A DNA stretch of 64,000 bases from a virus. The notes beneath the pieces were generated by a model. That model worked only from the letters and a program-made list of their open reading frames with translations, ran no database searches and was not told the DNA's origin. Below, in pieces: positions 48,601-56,911 of this stretch. The position numbers were made by a program, and so were the translations under genes. The stretch's first letter is position 1, and every line of letters starts with the position of its first letter. The stretch is taken from UHGV virus genome UHGV-0168042; one strand, given 5' to 3'.

Positions 48601-51600
48601 CTTGCTGGTACGCGTACTGACCAGCCCGCCAGCGCCGTCTTCCTCGGCCTCATCAACATCATCTGCCACTTTACCGCCAGCTACTTTTGGCAAGGCATCA
48701 GCAATAGCTTTTACCTGGTCTGCAAGCTCAACGGGGAACTGGAATGTAATCGCACTGGCATACAGATCCGGGTCTATAGCAACCTTGTCCATGTCACGGA
48801 TGATGGAGAAGATGAAATCATCCGGTTTGTCGTTAGTGATATGCCCGTTTTCATCGACTGTCAGCTCATCATTGCGACTTAACTCCTGAGCACGCTTACG
48901 AAGCTCTTCATAAGCAGTCTCCTGCTCCCCTGTCATCGGGATCTGCAAGGTGTTCTCGATGATGTCGGGAATTTTAACCGTCGCTCCGACATCTGCAGCA
49001 GTCTTCAGAGTGGTCCAACGATGGAAAATACCACGCAGGCCGTCAAGGTTCTGGAAGCCCACCAGCCCCTGCTTCTCTTCCACTTCCCCGGAAATTTTCT
49101 GGACCTGAACTGTGGCTGTTTTGCCAAACACACGAACGAAATCATCAGGCGTAATGATGCCCATGCGCATCCACTCTTCCTGCGGAATGACAGTAGACAG
49201 CATGTTGAAGGCATCAATCGGACTGTTCACCAGCGGTGTTGCCGTCAGCATGACTACACCACGCCCGTTGTTGCGTTTCATCATGTACGCAGCTTTTACA
49301 ACCATGTCGCGGGCCATCTTGGATACTGCCGGGTTAGGCAAATATGCCAATTGTCCCGCTTCACGCCCGGCATTAAAGGAGTTGCGGTAGTTATGCCCCT
49401 CGTCGGCAATCACGCTATCGAAGTTCATATCCTCAAAGTACGGGATATTCTGCTTCTTCGTTGTACCGGTATTCGCGGCCTGATCCTTAATCTTGTTCTT
49501 CTTCTGCGCATCACGGTGTTTACCGGACGCCAGGTCAAGACGCCCCATTTCCACAGCATTAAAGACAGCTTGCTGTGAGTTCTCCTCGATGGTTTTTTCT
49601 CGTAGCGGGATAGACGCGAATTGTTCTTTTGTCATGATGACCGTTCGCCAATTTGACGACGGGATCATGTTCATGCGCTGAACGATAACGGCGCTGGCGG
49701 ACTCTTTCACAACATTTCTGGTAAGAGGCTGCCCGTTACTGTCGAGGCGTGGTTCGCCATTTTCATCAAGCACCGGCGCGGTCAGAATATTTCCGCTGTC
49801 ATCACGAACTTCATCCAAACCGATAAACATCATATTGGCGAAGGCATCAGCACTGTAGAAACTCTGTGCCTCGTGATACCAGTTCTGATAAACCGCCTTC
49901 GGAACAACAATACACGTGCGTTTAGTGCGACCTGTTTCGAAGTTATACGCCTCAAGCGCAAGCGCGGTCGTGGTTTTACCCAGCCCGGTACCAAATCCCA
50001 TGATGCCGCGCCCATCTTCTGACAAGCGCCGAACTTCTTCATTCTGATAAGTAAGAGGAATGCGCTTTCCACTAAGCCCTTCCAGGCCAAGCGGTGCGTC
50101 AGAATGCGTGAACGGAATGAAACCATTGAATGCGTCGTTATACTCGCGGGCTATCTGATCAGCCTGCGGGTGAGTGCGTAACCAGTCGTTAAAACTAACT
50201 TCCAGTTGAGCAATTTTATCCAGGTACTCGTTAGCGTTCTGCCCACGCGGTTTAACACCGTTCAGGTAGTTTTCTAACTGGTTCAGGAAGCCGTCTTTAT
50301 TGTTGGCCTTCTTGAACTCATTCCCGTTTTTGCCGTTTACGGTTCGTAGCTGATAGCCGGTAAATACCCCGTCCTTACCTTCGTAATCGTCCGGAGATAC
50401 CAGAATGCCATCGACGACCTTCAGATCAGGTTCAGTGTACTTAAACTCGTCATAGCCCTGCTCTGCCAGGAACTCTTTTATCAAGCGGCGATCCAGCCAG
50501 CGGGCATTCAGATTAACGGTGACTTTATTTAGTGGCGTGAAAATGCGTTTCTCTTCGATTTTCGCCAACTGACGCTCAAAGTTCGCTTTCTGCTCACCTG
50601 TTGACGCATCACGCCAGCCCACCAGCAATGCTGTTTTGGTTGCAACATCGCCGCTGGTGGCGCGGTCCATCGGCAGCAGACAGCCATACCCATCAATAGC
50701 GATATCATCAAATTTCGCCAGGTATTCAAGGGCCGCGTCGTCGTCCTCTGGCAGTTCACCAGCAAACGCCTCACGAAAGTCTCCCAGCGTTATAGGATTA
50801 AGGGCTACATCACTGAAAAGATGTGCTATCACTTGTTCAGGACGTGTAAAGTCAATACCGGCAGCACCATCCGTTACATCAAGTCGCCCTGCCAGAAGGT
50901 CAGAAGTGGAACCATCCTGTTTCACATTGCCAGTGAACGTCATCCAGTTTTTAGCGCCAGCTTCAGCAAGCCCATTCAGCTTAATGGCGTGCGGTGGTCC
51001 ATACTTCGCAACTTCTGCTGCCGCCAAGCGGGATGCATCTGCCAGTTTGTCATCAACGTTCACACCCAGGTTACGCAAATCAAGTGCCTTGTTGATCAAC
51101 TGACCTATCAGCGCACCGCGCATAACGCGCTCCCTGTCTTTTTCTCGCTGCTTGCCAGCAAAGCGAATCATTGCTGCCACTTCATCACTGACAACCGATG
51201 GATAGTCGGACGCGATCGCCGATATCTGGTCCCATGACAAAGCCAGAATCCCGTTTGTTGACTGGAACGCGATCTGCAGATCGCCAAACGTCGAAACACC
51301 ATATCGACTTACATCAAGCGCGGAGGATTTGGTTGTCGTGTCCTTAACCCATTTCAGACCATCAAACTCATGCCAGATACCGCCTACAAGGCGTTTATCG
51401 CCCACTTTCGCGCCCTGCCATGCCTGAGTAGTTACGCCGAGCAAATCCCAATTGATGCGACTATCAAAGCGACGAGATAGCGCGGTTTTCATCGACTCAT
51501 TGGATACACGACCGTCTTTTTTCACCACCAGGGTATTGCGGAAGCTGGTACGTTCCATGTCGCCGTAAACAAATCGCTTCCCTTCGGTTGTAAACCATTT

Positions 51601-52527
51601 TCCTTTGAGGAAGGTATCCCAAAGGACGTTTGCCGATTTGAGTGTTGAATCATCCGTGTCGGGGATCATCTCCAGGAAGGTTTCCGGGTGTTTACGCAAT
51701 ACCCATACGTCCACCACGGTATCTGTACCGGATTCGCTGAACGTACCAGAAGGCATACGATGTGCGCCCAAAAATTCCGCTTTACGGCTGACTTTATCGC
51801 GCAATTTTTTATATTTCGCACCATCGGTCATGCCATTCGGCACCACCAATACGATAAGCCCACCAGGCTTAACCTTGTCGATCGTGCGCAGCACAAAGTA
51901 ATTGCCAACGTTCTTCTCGTTTGCATATGCCGGATCAAGCCCGGCGACACCGGAACGCCCTTCACCAAACGGTACGTTACCAACAGCGTGGTCATACATT
52001 GCGTCTTTCGCCGCCAGTGCCTCAAACGCCCCGATATTCACATCGTCTTCCGGGTGCAAAAGCTGGTTTATTCGACCAGAAATCGGAGACAGTTCGGCGC
52101 TGGTCATTATCATGCCCTGCCGTTTTGTCTCCTGGAAAATACCTGTGCCCGCTGATGGTTCCAGTACGTGCCCGTCATCAATACCGTAGTCAGCAAACAG
52201 ATCCCATATACCTTCAGCCATAAACTGTGGCGTGTAGTATTCGTATTGGCTGCCCTCACCATCTGTCAGGCCACCTTCACCGGTATACCCGGCAAGAATC
52301 TGACGTTGTTCGTCAGTTAATTTCGCCCCATCGAAGCCGGGCGGAAGGGAATTAAGAAGATTTACTGCGGCGTTGTTTGCTGCCCGGCGTGTTTTCTGAA
52401 TACTGACGCCATCGGCTTTCCTGACGCCAAAGGTCGCAACAGCACGTAATTTATGCAACCGACTAACAATCTCAATCAGTTCGCCTAAGCTGGAGGCTTC
52501 ACTGATTGAATGAAGTAGTTTGTCCAA
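45691..52527 (-). CDS. darB: DarB-like giant methyltransferase-helicase protein
   Basis: 2278 aa; N-terminal N6-adenine MTase-like region (VGNVPFGE, DPPY-like), central SF2 helicase motifs (GFGTGLGKTTTALAL Walker A, ADEGHNYRN DExH box, QRNGRGARVGSPQ motif VI); TTG start with GAGGGGG RBS. Confidence 0.8.
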   Translation of the reverse strand: MDKLLHSISEASSLGELIEIVSRLHKLRAVATFGVRKADGVSIQKTRRAANNAAVNLLNSLPPGFDGAKLTDEQRQILAGYTGEGGLTDGEGSQYEYYTPQFMAEGIWDLFADYGIDDGHVLEPSAGTGIFQETKRQGMIMTSAELSPISGRINQLLHPEDDVNIGAFEALAAKDAMYDHAVGNVPFGEGRSGVAGLDPAYANEKNVGNYFVLRTIDKVKPGGLIVLVVPNGMTDGAKYKKLRDKVSRKAEFLGAHRMPSGTFSESGTDTVVDVWVLRKHPETFLEMIPDTDDSTLKSANVLWDTFLKGKWFTTEGKRFVYGDMERTSFRNTLVVKKDGRVSNESMKTALSRRFDSRINWDLLGVTTQAWQGAKVGDKRLVGGIWHEFDGLKWVKDTTTKSSALDVSRYGVSTFGDLQIAFQSTNGILALSWDQISAIASDYPSVVSDEVAAMIRFAGKQREKDRERVMRGALIGQLINKALDLRNLGVNVDDKLADASRLAAAEVAKYGPPHAIKLNGLAEAGAKNWMTFTGNVKQDGSTSDLLAGRLDVTDGAAGIDFTRPEQVIAHLFSDVALNPITLGDFREAFAGELPEDDDAALEYLAKFDDIAIDGYGCLLPMDRATSGDVATKTALLVGWRDASTGEQKANFERQLAKIEEKRIFTPLNKVTVNLNARWLDRRLIKEFLAEQGYDEFKYTEPDLKVVDGILVSPDDYEGKDGVFTGYQLRTVNGKNGNEFKKANNKDGFLNQLENYLNGVKPRGQNANEYLDKIAQLEVSFNDWLRTHPQADQIAREYNDAFNGFIPFTHSDAPLGLEGLSGKRIPLTYQNEEVRRLSEDGRGIMGFGTGLGKTTTALALEAYNFETGRTKRTCIVVPKAVYQNWYHEAQSFYSADAFANMMFIGLDEVRDDSGNILTAPVLDENGEPRLDSNGQPLTRNVVKESASAVIVQRMNMIPSSNWRTVIMTKEQFASIPLREKTIEENSQQAVFNAVEMGRLDLASGKHRDAQKKNKIKDQAANTGTTKKQNIPYFEDMNFDSVIADEGHNYRNSFNAGREAGQLAYLPNPAVSKMARDMVVKAAYMMKRNNGRGVVMLTATPLVNSPIDAFNMLSTVIPQEEWMRMGIITPDDFVRVFGKTATVQVQKISGEVEEKQGLVGFQNLDGLRGIFHRWTTLKTAADVGATVKIPDIIENTLQIPMTGEQETAYEELRKRAQELSRNDELTVDENGHITNDKPDDFIFSIIRDMDKVAIDPDLYASAITFQFPVELADQVKAIADALPKVAGGKVADDVDEAEEDGAGGLVSTRTSKVVKTAFSEHPTHVEIRASIELEAEILKAIAAAGIDMQQVSHPIPPKYAALIENLREGLKNGKQIVFIDEKAQHQKLRRIIASALQMPEQEIGIINATTVSQAGGIKLKKVNKPTEPTPNKNGEYKEGAWETYYSKLAQYEDYLSAKNDAGLEGMEGIAADYNEGRTRIIICNKKAEVGINLHIGTTDIHHLTLPWTPASIDQRNGRGARVGSPQEKVNVHYYCGKGTFDDFRLDTLKRKKDWIKMVMTSDMSEIANGDADDADERAIMLAANPEERRAIMTRQAQEREERLKLKAQREANNALDIYLKAANAAGKDIGMMETELKSAMEQIEYYQRNLDDLIKAGTNRNGQKYALEQLSSYRKRARVLRFAITRAKDADTIMKRSRGDVERAIKSGVLDISIDVIQNPQEYMRTDKNILLHKGSYYRAVIDDRETTAIVRVEKIDGEKAQYLCRIAWLDRASRYARSPGSIVTLPFDSVIEAVTFEEGVAESRATAARGVQCHQLSTILTRDQFYDAIRNGVMNVIAGKPGNAWGGGSAIKYWAYRTDDGQIALSSTYDGVIGQKIGRASDIAPERWIYPDGNDEALKREVAKIQASDNPLNIVDGEGFLQALYGYDYIQGMQAWGAQATMDDVAQEFENWMAGRGLSGRSLNKVTSEDILSLFRKPSGEGLESFWRTVLAYRLFQGRMKAFSNIDDIERMFNQVKIAKIKAKIEKTRSALVAWRDALFEQYKSLSDADGWAALEQLANNGVDGAKLAIVQADNPLESPAAQWIKVGAVINAFDEKHISKDDFADAVSVNRLVEMATRRARELKDGDYVNELPDTLKSATWQDYVSLKNGGATESEIAERLEQAESKREEQAAVAEARADEAANDDYIIVVNDKPIRAKARVRGRWWSVSEDVGAVYLIADQPGSSTIRNAKDAIKKIGGRFWNFEANPVADVNFDRPAWMVSTRYSVDELRKIIADAA

Positions 52528-52536
52528 AGGATTACC

Positions 52537-52581
52537 CCCTCTAAACCGTAAAAATTCCGCTATGCGGTACGGTTGAGAGGG
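52537..52581 (-). promoter_or_regulatory. 14-bp-stem hairpin that occludes the Shine-Dalgarno of the DarB-like gene
   Basis: CCCTCTAAACCGTA-N17-TACGGTTGAGAGGG (13/14 pairs); on the mRNA the 3' arm contains the AGAGGG of the SD, 7 nt before the TTG start. Confidence 0.4.
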
Positions 52582-52677
52582 TATGGAGAATGTTATTTTC
52601 AGGGGGACGATACTACCGTCAAAATCACATACTCCCCATAGTTTGCCTACTTATTAACCCATGACCGGGAGAAAAAT

Positions 52678-53163
52678 ATGGCAAACATTGAACCTCGCTG
52701 GCTAATTGAAGCCCGTAAGCACATTGGCCTGACTGAAATAAAAGGCGCTAAACACAACCCTGAAATCGTTCAGTTCTGGCGCGACATCAAGCGCGGCGGA
52801 ATTAAAGACGATGAAACGCCGTGGTGCGCAGCATTTGTCGGTGCAATGCTGGAACGTGTAGGCATCCGCTCAACAAGATTTGAGTCGGCAAAATCCTATC
52901 TGGATTGGGGCGAGAAATTAGATACACCGGCATACGGATGTATCGTTGTATTTACCCGCGTAGGCGGTGGGCACGTAGGCTTCGTTGTCGGACGCCGCGC
53001 CAATGGCGATCTGCTTGTCCTGGGTGGGAACCAGGGGGATGCGGTTAATATTCGCGCATTCCCAACATCAAGAGTGTCTGGCTATCGCTGGCCTGCTGGC
53101 GAACCACGCAATACCGCTCTGTTACCAGTCGGAGACGCAGCAACCTCAACTAATGAGGCATGA
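52678..53163 (+). CDS. TIGR02594-family protein (putative cell-wall hydrolase-like)
   Basis: 161 aa; W..EAR.HIGL.EI.G...NP.I..FW...PWCAAFVGA...GGGHVGFVVG pattern. Confidence 0.45.
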   Translation: MANIEPRWLIEARKHIGLTEIKGAKHNPEIVQFWRDIKRGGIKDDETPWCAAFVGAMLERVGIRSTRFESAKSYLDWGEKLDTPAYGCIVVFTRVGGGHVGFVVGRRANGDLLVLGGNQGDAVNIRAFPTSRVSGYRWPAGEPRNTALLPVGDAATSTNEA

Positions 53164-53194
53164 AAAAGCCCCGGCCAGGCCGGGGCATCACGCT

Positions 53195-53395
53195 TCAAGT
53201 CACCATCCAATCATTACCGATTATATCAGCCGTCGATAAATCAACTTCCCGGATCTGGAGTCCATTAATACAAAACCATCCGGTAGTAGAGTAATTATCA
53301 GGCCAGGCCCATACACCAACACTCCATGCTTTACGGCGGCACACTTCAGCCTGTCCTTCCCTGATTTTTTTTACCGCCTGCATGATGTCCATCAC
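53195..53395 (-). CDS. Small hypothetical protein
   Basis: 66 aa; start overlaps stop of Rha copy 2; shares KKxxRxxW motif with the C-terminus of 29839-30516. Confidence 0.3.
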   Translation of the reverse strand: MMDIMQAVKKIREGQAEVCRRKAWSVGVWAWPDNYSTTGWFCINGLQIREVDLSTADIIGNDWMVT

Positions 53396-54099
53396 TCACC
53401 TCCCCAACCGATCACCTGGAATTGCCCCATTTTGGGGTGATACCAGCGTTTTCCTCGGTGTTCAGCCTCCGACATCATCCGGTTAAAAGCATTCATGAAG
53501 GGAGATAAGGCCACGATGGAACGACGCGACAATACCCCCTCTGGAGTTAAAAACTCATGCGTATCGGTGGGAATCCGGTAAGCGTTAACCAGGTTGCGAC
53601 ATTTGGCTTCAGTCAGGCCGCATTTCGCCGCCAGCTGGCGGTAGCCAATGTAGCCATCTGGCATATTGCCCTTCTTGATTTGCTCGACGGTTTCAGCGAC
53701 CTGGCTAACCTTTGACTCAACAGCATGAAGCCGCTTTTGCTGCTGAACTGCATTTGCAGCCATTGCGGCGATCATCTCTATTTCGGTCAACGGCTGGCGT
53801 ACTTGTTCTTCCAGTTCGCGCCAGCGGTCCACCAGCCGGGCAGTAAACTCAGGACAAAGCTGTGCGACTACAATGATACTGTCTCGTTTGCCTTGCTCGT
53901 CGCTAAATCGGAACACCTGAATTAATCGAGAACGCCCCATTACATCTATTTTTGGTTCATCCTCAATTTGAGGACGAACAATAACGCCGGATTCGGCTAA
54001 TGTTTCAATGGTACGCTTCACATTGTCATGACGTTTTCCCACCAGCTCCGCGATCTCAATGCTGGTCATTGATGGCTTTTCAAGAATGCAGATATCCAT
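53392..54099 (-). CDS. Rha-family phage regulatory protein (antirepressor-like), copy 2
   Basis: 235 aa; MTSIEIAELVGKRHDNVKRTIETLA; central region near-identical to copy 1 (KRDSIIVVAQL, TARLVDRWRELE, GYIGYRQLAAKCGLTEAKCRNLVNA). Confidence 0.65.
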   Translation of the reverse strand: MDICILEKPSMTSIEIAELVGKRHDNVKRTIETLAESGVIVRPQIEDEPKIDVMGRSRLIQVFRFSDEQGKRDSIIVVAQLCPEFTARLVDRWRELEEQVRQPLTEIEMIAAMAANAVQQQKRLHAVESKVSQVAETVEQIKKGNMPDGYIGYRQLAAKCGLTEAKCRNLVNAYRIPTDTHEFLTPEGVLSRRSIVALSPFMNAFNRMMSEAEHRGKRWYHPKMGQFQVIGWGGE

Positions 54100-54323
54100 C
54101 AGTGTGCCTCCGCAATGCCGGGATTGGTAATATTGCGATACCAGGGATTAGTGTTTGGTTGTGGGGAAGTAGAGAAACGACCAGTAAGAACACCATGCTG
54201 ATCAGGGATCAGAGAACGGGCTTCTTTTTCGGTTGCGGCAATTGCGAAGTGATCGCAGTGTTTTTGCAGGGAGTGGAAACGCCAGATGAATTCTGGACGT
54301 GAGCAAGGATTGGCATTAACCAT
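54099..54323 (-). CDS. icd: Icd-like small protein, copy 2
   Basis: 74 aa; EFIWRFHSLQKH; coupled to Rha by ATGA overlap. Confidence 0.45.
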   Translation of the reverse strand: MVNANPCSRPEFIWRFHSLQKHCDHFAIAATEKEARSLIPDQHGVLTGRFSTSPQPNTNPWYRNITNPGIAEAH

Positions 54324-54653
54324 AGTTACGGCCTCACTAACAGGTTTAACAACCTGCTACCCGCTGTCAAACAGGTGGCAGGACGTGACAGGGTTGACAG
54401 ACTGGCGTTAGTGAAACCAGCAGGCCGAAGCCTCCCCATCACGCCCCACCATAATTCGGGCGTAACGCGGTTTACGGACACAAAAATACCGCAATATCGG
54501 AAATCTGCGGTTGTCCGCACTAACATTCAGGCTGTCAAACCTGGTCGCAGAATTTGCTACGACGGCATGAATATAAGCCTGAAAACATGGAAGATCAACT
54601 AAAAATTTCAGCAATGGATGACTTCAGTCGATGATGCAGATCATACATTCCGA

Positions 54654-54681
54654 TTTAGAAACAGCAAATTAATTTTCTAAC
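54654..54681. promoter_or_regulatory. Operator-like inverted repeat TTTAGA-N16-TCTAAC upstream of icd/rha copy 2
   Basis: TTTAGAAACAGCAAATTAATTTTCTAAC, about 330 bp upstream of the icd-like ATG. Confidence 0.5.
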
Positions 54682-54736
54682 ACAAATCATCGAGCGAGCA
54701 TTTTCCGATCATTGGGATGCTTTGTAGACACACAGG

Positions 54737-55699
54737 TCATCCCCTAAATCCCGCAGGGATTGACCAATCCTCCCGGTCAAATTCAGACCGATAGCCACGC
54801 TGTTTCATCAGGTCAAAGGCTTCACCAATGGTTACACACCCCTGGGAGCCAGAATAATCCATTGAGAAATCCAGGGCACTGGATTGTTTAGGCTTATTCA
54901 CTGCGGTAGCGGCACTACGTATCCATGCAAATTTTTTTGCCAGCTTTTCAGCGGTACGATACAGAGCCTGCCGTTTTGCGTGCCCCTCGTCTGAACGACG
55001 CTTTGCAGCTCTCGCTTTTGCCGCCGCCAGGCAGTGGTTGGTATGTTCTTCACTGATTACTGGTTTTTTATCCAGCCCCCCATTATCCGCTTGAGAACTA
55101 TTTGCTGGTGAAGCCTTTGGCTGAACCGCGCATGATCTTTCTCTTCTTTTGGCTATAGAGTGACTCTTATTTTCTATTGGCTGTTCATTTTGAACATGGG
55201 GGGACTTGTTCAATTTGAACAGGGGGTTCCCAGTTTCAAAAAAATAACGAACCTTTGAAATCAACTGCTTAACCAGTTTTGTGGCGTTGGCAAATTTGAT
55301 GCCCTGCTTACCCCCTATCTCCATTGCTACATGAATAAAGTGGAGAAATTGTGTCGTAAACCGATATACGTTACACACCTGGGCATTGTTATTCGCTACC
55401 TGATGTTGCTTAACAAGCATTCCGCACTTCGTCGCTTCAGCAAATGCCCGGCGCACAGTAGAAATACTGCGTCCTGTAATCTCGGACATATCAGCATATG
55501 AGCGACGGATCATGTATTCATCGGTAGACCCTGCCAGGTTGGCGAACTCGGCAATAATGGCGCTATGTGAAGGGGAAAGAAGACCGCTATGACGAGCAAA
55601 AAAACTCAACTGATGACCTTTGATTTTTTTGTGGTATTCAGTGTTGTTTTTATACTCAGAAGTGTTGAAAGTTACTGAAACTGAATTTAAAATACTCAC
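54737..55699 (-). CDS. HTH-domain protein, possible replication/regulatory protein
   Basis: 320 aa, GTG start; N-terminal third AT-rich with HTH-like ...MSEITGRSISTVRRAFAEATKCGML; inverted repeats upstream. Confidence 0.4.
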   Translation of the reverse strand: MSILNSVSVTFNTSEYKNNTEYHKKIKGHQLSFFARHSGLLSPSHSAIIAEFANLAGSTDEYMIRRSYADMSEITGRSISTVRRAFAEATKCGMLVKQHQVANNNAQVCNVYRFTTQFLHFIHVAMEIGGKQGIKFANATKLVKQLISKVRYFFETGNPLFKLNKSPHVQNEQPIENKSHSIAKRRERSCAVQPKASPANSSQADNGGLDKKPVISEEHTNHCLAAAKARAAKRRSDEGHAKRQALYRTAEKLAKKFAWIRSAATAVNKPKQSSALDFSMDYSGSQGCVTIGEAFDLMKQRGYRSEFDREDWSIPAGFRG

Positions 55700-55729
55700 C
55701 AGATAGTTCCGTGAAAAAATCTATCTACC

Positions 55730-55757
55730 GTATAAATCTATGGCAGTGGATTTATAC
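55730..55757. repeat. Inverted repeat GTATAAATC-N10-GATTTATAC upstream of 54737-55699
   Basis: Perfect 9-bp arms; a second palindrome AGTGTAT-ATAA-ATACACT at about 55854-55871. Confidence 0.45.
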
Positions 55758-55762
55758 ACCCA

Positions 55763-55796
55763 AAAAGCCGCTTCTCAGCGGCTTTTGCTTTTTTGG
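55763..55796. terminator. Rho-independent terminator (bidirectional) after the upstream minus-strand operon
   Basis: AAGCCGC-TTCTCA-GCGGCTT flanked by A-run and TTTTGCTTTTTT. Confidence 0.55.
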
Positions 55797-55899
55797 CAGT
55801 CGCTACCGGAGCAGTGACCGCGATCCTACTCGATCCCATCCACCAGGATCAACAGTGTATATAAATACACTATGTTAGAAATTTAACTTAACAAGGCGA

Positions 55900-56898
55900 T
55901 TACCCCCTTCTGGAAACAAAGAGTAACGGGGTGGTGTTTTTGTTCTCCTTCGGTGATAACTCTGGTTCTTTCTTGCCTGATACCGGTAAGCCATAAGTAG
56001 CATTTGCCCCAAGAGATTCAAGCATCGCAGCCACTATGCGGGCATCATCTTCAGACTGCATACGGCAAAGCGCCCGGCGCTGTTCTGCGCTGATAAAAAC
56101 AGGCATTTCCTGGATAGCATCACGCAAAATCCGGCGGCATTGCTTTGCATTTTCCCCCTGGCTTTCCATCATCGCTGTTTGAGCGCGCAGCTTTTCTCGA
56201 AGCTGTATGTTTTCCACTTCAAGGAGCATCAATTCTGATTCCAGGGCTTCACGATGTGCAGATTCGAGCATGGCTTGCTGATTTTTCATTGCTGAAAAGT
56301 GGTGAACCAGATCCGTAGCAGCGTTATCGGTAAAACCTTGTTCGATAAGTGCTGCATGAATAGCCGCATCGCGCTCTTCTGCTGATTCAAGCATCAGGCT
56401 TTTCTTGTCGAGGCTGATATAGTTAGGCACAGTTACGTAATCAAAGCCGTGGAAAGACTTTACCAGGGATACAGATGAATCTGGACCAGATGTAGCCCAC
56501 GACCAACCACCAGCACCAGAATTAATCATGCCCTGAACAATACGCCCGGTGTCTGTATCCAGTATTTCCTGCGTATGCGTAACAATGCCGTTGTCGTCAA
56601 TCGAAATGTCGATAGTCCTGTTTGACGGCACGTTCTCCAATACAACAGGCTTCCCATCTACCATCACAACAGAGACTTCCGGCAAGTTCAGGCTTTTCGT
56701 TTTGTTATAGTGCATCGCCCGGCGACCATGACCGTAATAACCATACATCTCACCCAGCGCGATACGCTCTTTTGTTTCTGGCGAGTTGAATGTGTCTCGT
56801 ACCGACTGAATGACATAATTTCGGTTGTTCTGCGGTGTGTGTTTGCGGATTTTCTCTACCAGGGAGAAGCGATCCGTAACAGTATTCAGTGATTGCAT
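55900..56898 (-). CDS. Hypothetical head-module protein (possible prohead protease/scaffold; positional)
   Basis: 332 aa; C-terminal half coiled-coil-like; lies downstream of the portal-like gene. Confidence 0.35.
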   Translation of the reverse strand: MQSLNTVTDRFSLVEKIRKHTPQNNRNYVIQSVRDTFNSPETKERIALGEMYGYYGHGRRAMHYNKTKSLNLPEVSVVMVDGKPVVLENVPSNRTIDISIDDNGIVTHTQEILDTDTGRIVQGMINSGAGGWSWATSGPDSSVSLVKSFHGFDYVTVPNYISLDKKSLMLESAEERDAAIHAALIEQGFTDNAATDLVHHFSAMKNQQAMLESAHREALESELMLLEVENIQLREKLRAQTAMMESQGENAKQCRRILRDAIQEMPVFISAEQRRALCRMQSEDDARIVAAMLESLGANATYGLPVSGKKEPELSPKENKNTTPLLFVSRRG

Positions 56899-56911
56899 TA
56901 TTTCCCTCCGG

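Noticed and set aside
45771-52223. Numerous 60-230 aa ORFs on either strand within 45691-52527
   Set aside because: All are embedded in the 2278-aa DarB-like ORF, which carries consistent methyltransferase and helicase motifs; embedded ORFs have no RBS or family signal.
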